DNA of 63,156 nt, the filler included, from Octopus bimaculoides (Eukaryota), in assembly GCF_001194135.2 (NCBI RefSeq). It is 11 parts of 9 records of this genome, joined end to end, with 100 filler letters (N's around TTAATTAATTAA, not from the genome) between each part and the next. Parts side by side here need not be neighbours in the genome. Positions count along the whole stretch, not along the records: positions 58,734 to 61,966 come from NC_069002.1; positions 62,067 to 63,156 come from NW_026409189.1; 9 more parts are not named here. One strand, 5' to 3'. The first letter of the stretch is position 1. Every line of letters starts with the position of its first letter. Under the pieces are notes generated by a model. That model was given only the letters and a program-made list of their open reading frames with translations, was not told the DNA's origin and ran no database searches. The position numbers and the translations under genes were made by a program. This document shows positions 60,425 through 63,156 of this stretch, piece after piece.

Positions 60425-61966
60425 TTGCAATCAAGGGGATTATTAGCTATATATATATATTACTATGTAGATTGTTGATACAAGTATCTAAATTGGTTAT
60501 ATCAATATTGTTGGTTGTATTACTGGATATGCAATTGATATTGTTTGAGCTAGGAAGATTTATCTCATCAACTATGTTAACAGTTGAAGTATTAATATGT
60601 TCATTAACATGTGCATGATTATTGGTTGCGTTGGTGTTATTAATTGTCTGGTAGTTATTTGTATTGCTCTCGATAATAAGACATTTTTTTATTTTCAAGG
60701 GTCCTAGCTAGTTCGATGTTCAACTTATTGATGATAGATCCTATATTGGGGAGAGTAGAGTATGAGATACGGATTGTGTGTTGAGAGAAGATTTTATAAT
60801 ATCTATGGTTAGGGTCGAAATTATTTTGTAAGATATCCATAAACTTCTTATAGATGTTCGTAGATACTGCATAGTTGTAAGGGACGTTAAGCCATATAGA
60901 ATTTTTTCTTCTAAATTTGTAATATGAAGGGGGTTTGTGGTTATCATAAGTATTTGGGGTTATATTATTGTTTCTATTATCATTTGTAGTTTTCTTATTA
61001 GGATCTATTTTGTTATGTAAAGTAATTTTCCTATTTTTATGGTCATTATCATAATTTCTTAACCTAGGTATTTTATTGGTGTTAATATGATTATGTAGAC
61101 ATTTATCAGGTTGTATTTCATTTTTATTCTTATTGCTTAATCAGGATAGATTTTTATTAGTAGGTCTTTTCTTACCATTATTTACGGTAATTAAATTGTT
61201 ATTATTGGTATCATTATTTAAGATAATTAGATTATCATTATTGGTACTATCACATTTAATAGATTTACTAGGATTAAGGAAAGAAATTTTTTGGTCATAG
61301 CCTCCTCTAGATAAAGCTTCATTGTAGTAATGTGAATTAGAGTTAAAGATGTCATGGTTTGAGGACAGTTTAGATAATCTATTGGAAATGTTTTTTACAA
61401 TAGATTTTAAAATATTTGTGGGGTGATTAGATTATCTATTTACATACTTAGTGACTTCATTTTCCTTTCTATAGGGATAGTGCAATTTAGAGCTAATATT
61501 AAGAGTGGTATCAAGAAAGTTAACGATTTTAGTACCATATTCAAAAGTAATGCTCAAGTTAAAGCTTTTAAAGAATTTTCTAATATTCTTTCTCATTCTC
61601 TCTATGGTTGACTTATTGTTGGTGGGAATGACAAATAACGCATCATCCCTCTAAAGACCCCCTTGAAGTTCAGGAATTTCCCTATTTAGGCAATATAAAA
61701 GATATGCTCCAACCAGATTTGTGATTTCAGCCGAATCACTCGATCCCATTGGGATATCAAAGTTATCAGGGGTGTCAGATCTGGTCCAGAGTCTATCTTC
61801 GAATTCGATGATGGTTCTTCTAGCTAAAAGAATTATATCAATTTTTTCTCTAGTAATTAGGGATCTATTTTTGGCAAAGATGAGAGCTTTGTTAAGGAGT
61901 ATAGGGGAAATGCTAGAATAGTAATTATTGATATCAAATTGGATGAAGGAAAAATTATTATTATTG
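60425..61966 (-). mobile_element. Penelope-like element, RT and linker portion
   Basis: FDIPMGSSDSAEITNLVG, GLFRDD, IVNFLDTTL...PYRK...YVN..SNHP and YYKIFSQHTIRISYSTLPNI are PLE RT and linker motifs; stops and frameshifts; truncated by gap. Confidence 0.88.
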
Positions 61967-62066
61967 NNNNNNNNNNNNNNNNNNNNNNNNNNNNNNNNNN
62001 NNNNNNNNNNTTAATTAATTAANNNNNNNNNNNNNNNNNNNNNNNNNNNNNNNNNNNNNNNNNNNN

Positions 62067-62515
62067 GATCTTCACTGGACAAAGAAAGGGAGAAAATGGG
62101 TTTATTCCAAGAATTCCACTGATTCCAGCAGACATGTCCTTTAAATTCAAGAGACTTCACTTCCAGTAGGAGATAGTTTTGCAATGTCTATTAACAAGGA
62201 CAATCAATGAAAATTTCTGGACTTCACCTCATGCAGTAGTGCTTTTCCCATGGTCAGCTCTACGTTGGTTATCCCAGAGTTGGAAATGACAACAATCTCT
62301 TTATACTCACACGAAATTGTAAAACTAAAAATATTGTTTTTCCTGCTGCTTTACAGTGATATCCAACTATGATACTCCGTGATATACGTCTGAGATGGCA
62401 GGATACCAATAAATGCTTTATCATTATTTCTTCCTTTAGTTTTGGGCCACAGGTCCAATATGTCCACCGCAAGAGCGAACTTAAGAGCCCGCACACAATG
62501 CAGCTTTTAAGCTAG
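62067..62515 (+). mobile_element. Helitron 3' end (PIF1 helicase C-terminus to the CTAG terminus)
   Basis: FIPRIPLIPADMSFKFKRL, FAMSINK, FSHGQLYVG.PRV and TKNIV match the Helitron RepHel C-terminus; terminal CTAG at 62512-62515 followed by T. Confidence 0.85.
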
Positions 62516-62581
62516 TACATTCATACATACACACACACACACACACACATATACATACATATATATACACAGACATACGCA

Positions 62582-62629
<48 letters not shown>

Positions 62630-62784
62630 CATATACATGTGTGTGTGTATATGTATATATATATATATATAATTTCTATAATGCAGCACTAAATAAGGCG
62701 GGATATAAAGAAAGGGTCTCCTATATTGAAAATGATAGCAAAGGAATTGAAACAACTGACAACAACAACAACAACAACAACAAC

Positions 62785-62827
<43 letters not shown>

Positions 62828-62865
62828 GAACAATGTCTTGAAGATCTATAAATTAAAGGCTGTCT

Positions 62866-62938
62866 AGTCGCGTGGCCGAATGGACAAGGGGTCTGACTTC
62901 GTATCAGAAGATTGCGAGTTCGTGTCCCGTCGTGGTCG
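62866..62938 (+). pseudogene. tRNA-Arg(TCG)-like pseudogene
   Basis: 73-nt colinear match to eukaryotic tRNA-Arg-TCG (GTGGCC.AATGGA.AAGG.GTCTGACTTCG.ATCAGAAGATTG...GTTCG.GTCC..TCGTGGTCG). Anticodon at 62899-62901; mismatched acceptor and T stems; conserved A58 changed to T. Confidence 0.75.
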
Positions 62939-62994
62939 AATATTATTATTTTTATGTCGTAATATACTTTGTGTGGTTGAGAAGGAAAATTTTC

Positions 62995-63120
62995 AACTTC
63001 TCACATGGTTTTAGGTTCAATCCCACAGCACGGCGCTTTAGACAAGTGTCTTTTATAGCTTTGGGTTGACCAAATCCTTGTGAGTGAATCTGGTCGACGG
63101 AATCTGGAAGAAAATTCCGA
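62995..63120 (+). mobile_element. Degenerate SINE family C 5' part
   Basis: cacatggttttaggttcaatccca..caagtgtctttt..gaccaaatccttgtgagtg. Confidence 0.65.
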
Positions 63121-63156
63121 TTAGGAATGAATATATGTTTACTGTTGAAAGACAAT

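Noticed and set aside
61423-61921. Two short plus-strand ORFs
   Set aside because: Antisense to the Penelope RT.

Overview
This is AT-rich, microsatellite-saturated eukaryotic DNA from a gapped draft assembly. It is almost certainly a coleoid cephalopod, probably Octopus. That call is an inference from a cephalopod-type 18S rRNA 5' fragment and three abundant octopus-type SINE families. No intact protein-coding gene can be supported; nearly all listed ORFs are microsatellite or N-gap artefacts, or antisense shadows of transposons. The window holds decayed mobile elements: two REL-endonuclease LINEs (HERO-like, R4/Dong-like), three RTE LINEs, a CR1/Jockey-group LINE, a Penelope-like element (PLE) with an RTE nested inside it, an internally deleted Gypsy element with one LTR, a maT/DD37D transposase relic, mariner and Tc1 MITEs, a Helitron 3' end and roughly 30 SINE copies. 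The most notable unannotated signal is a set of short elements in (TA)n tracts that carry type I hammerhead-ribozyme folds (58313-58382, 53006-53060, 52067-52104, relic at 33005-33057), resembling retrozymes or solo PLE termini. Other highlights are an 18S fragment starting exactly at the mature 5' end, a 169-bp inverted duplication 3.4 kb apart, a head-to-tail SINE array, and CpG-decayed domains beside promoter-like CpG patches that suggest hidden genes with small exons. Ten TTAATTAATTAA linkers inside N-runs are assembly artefacts, so adjacency across them is uncertain.
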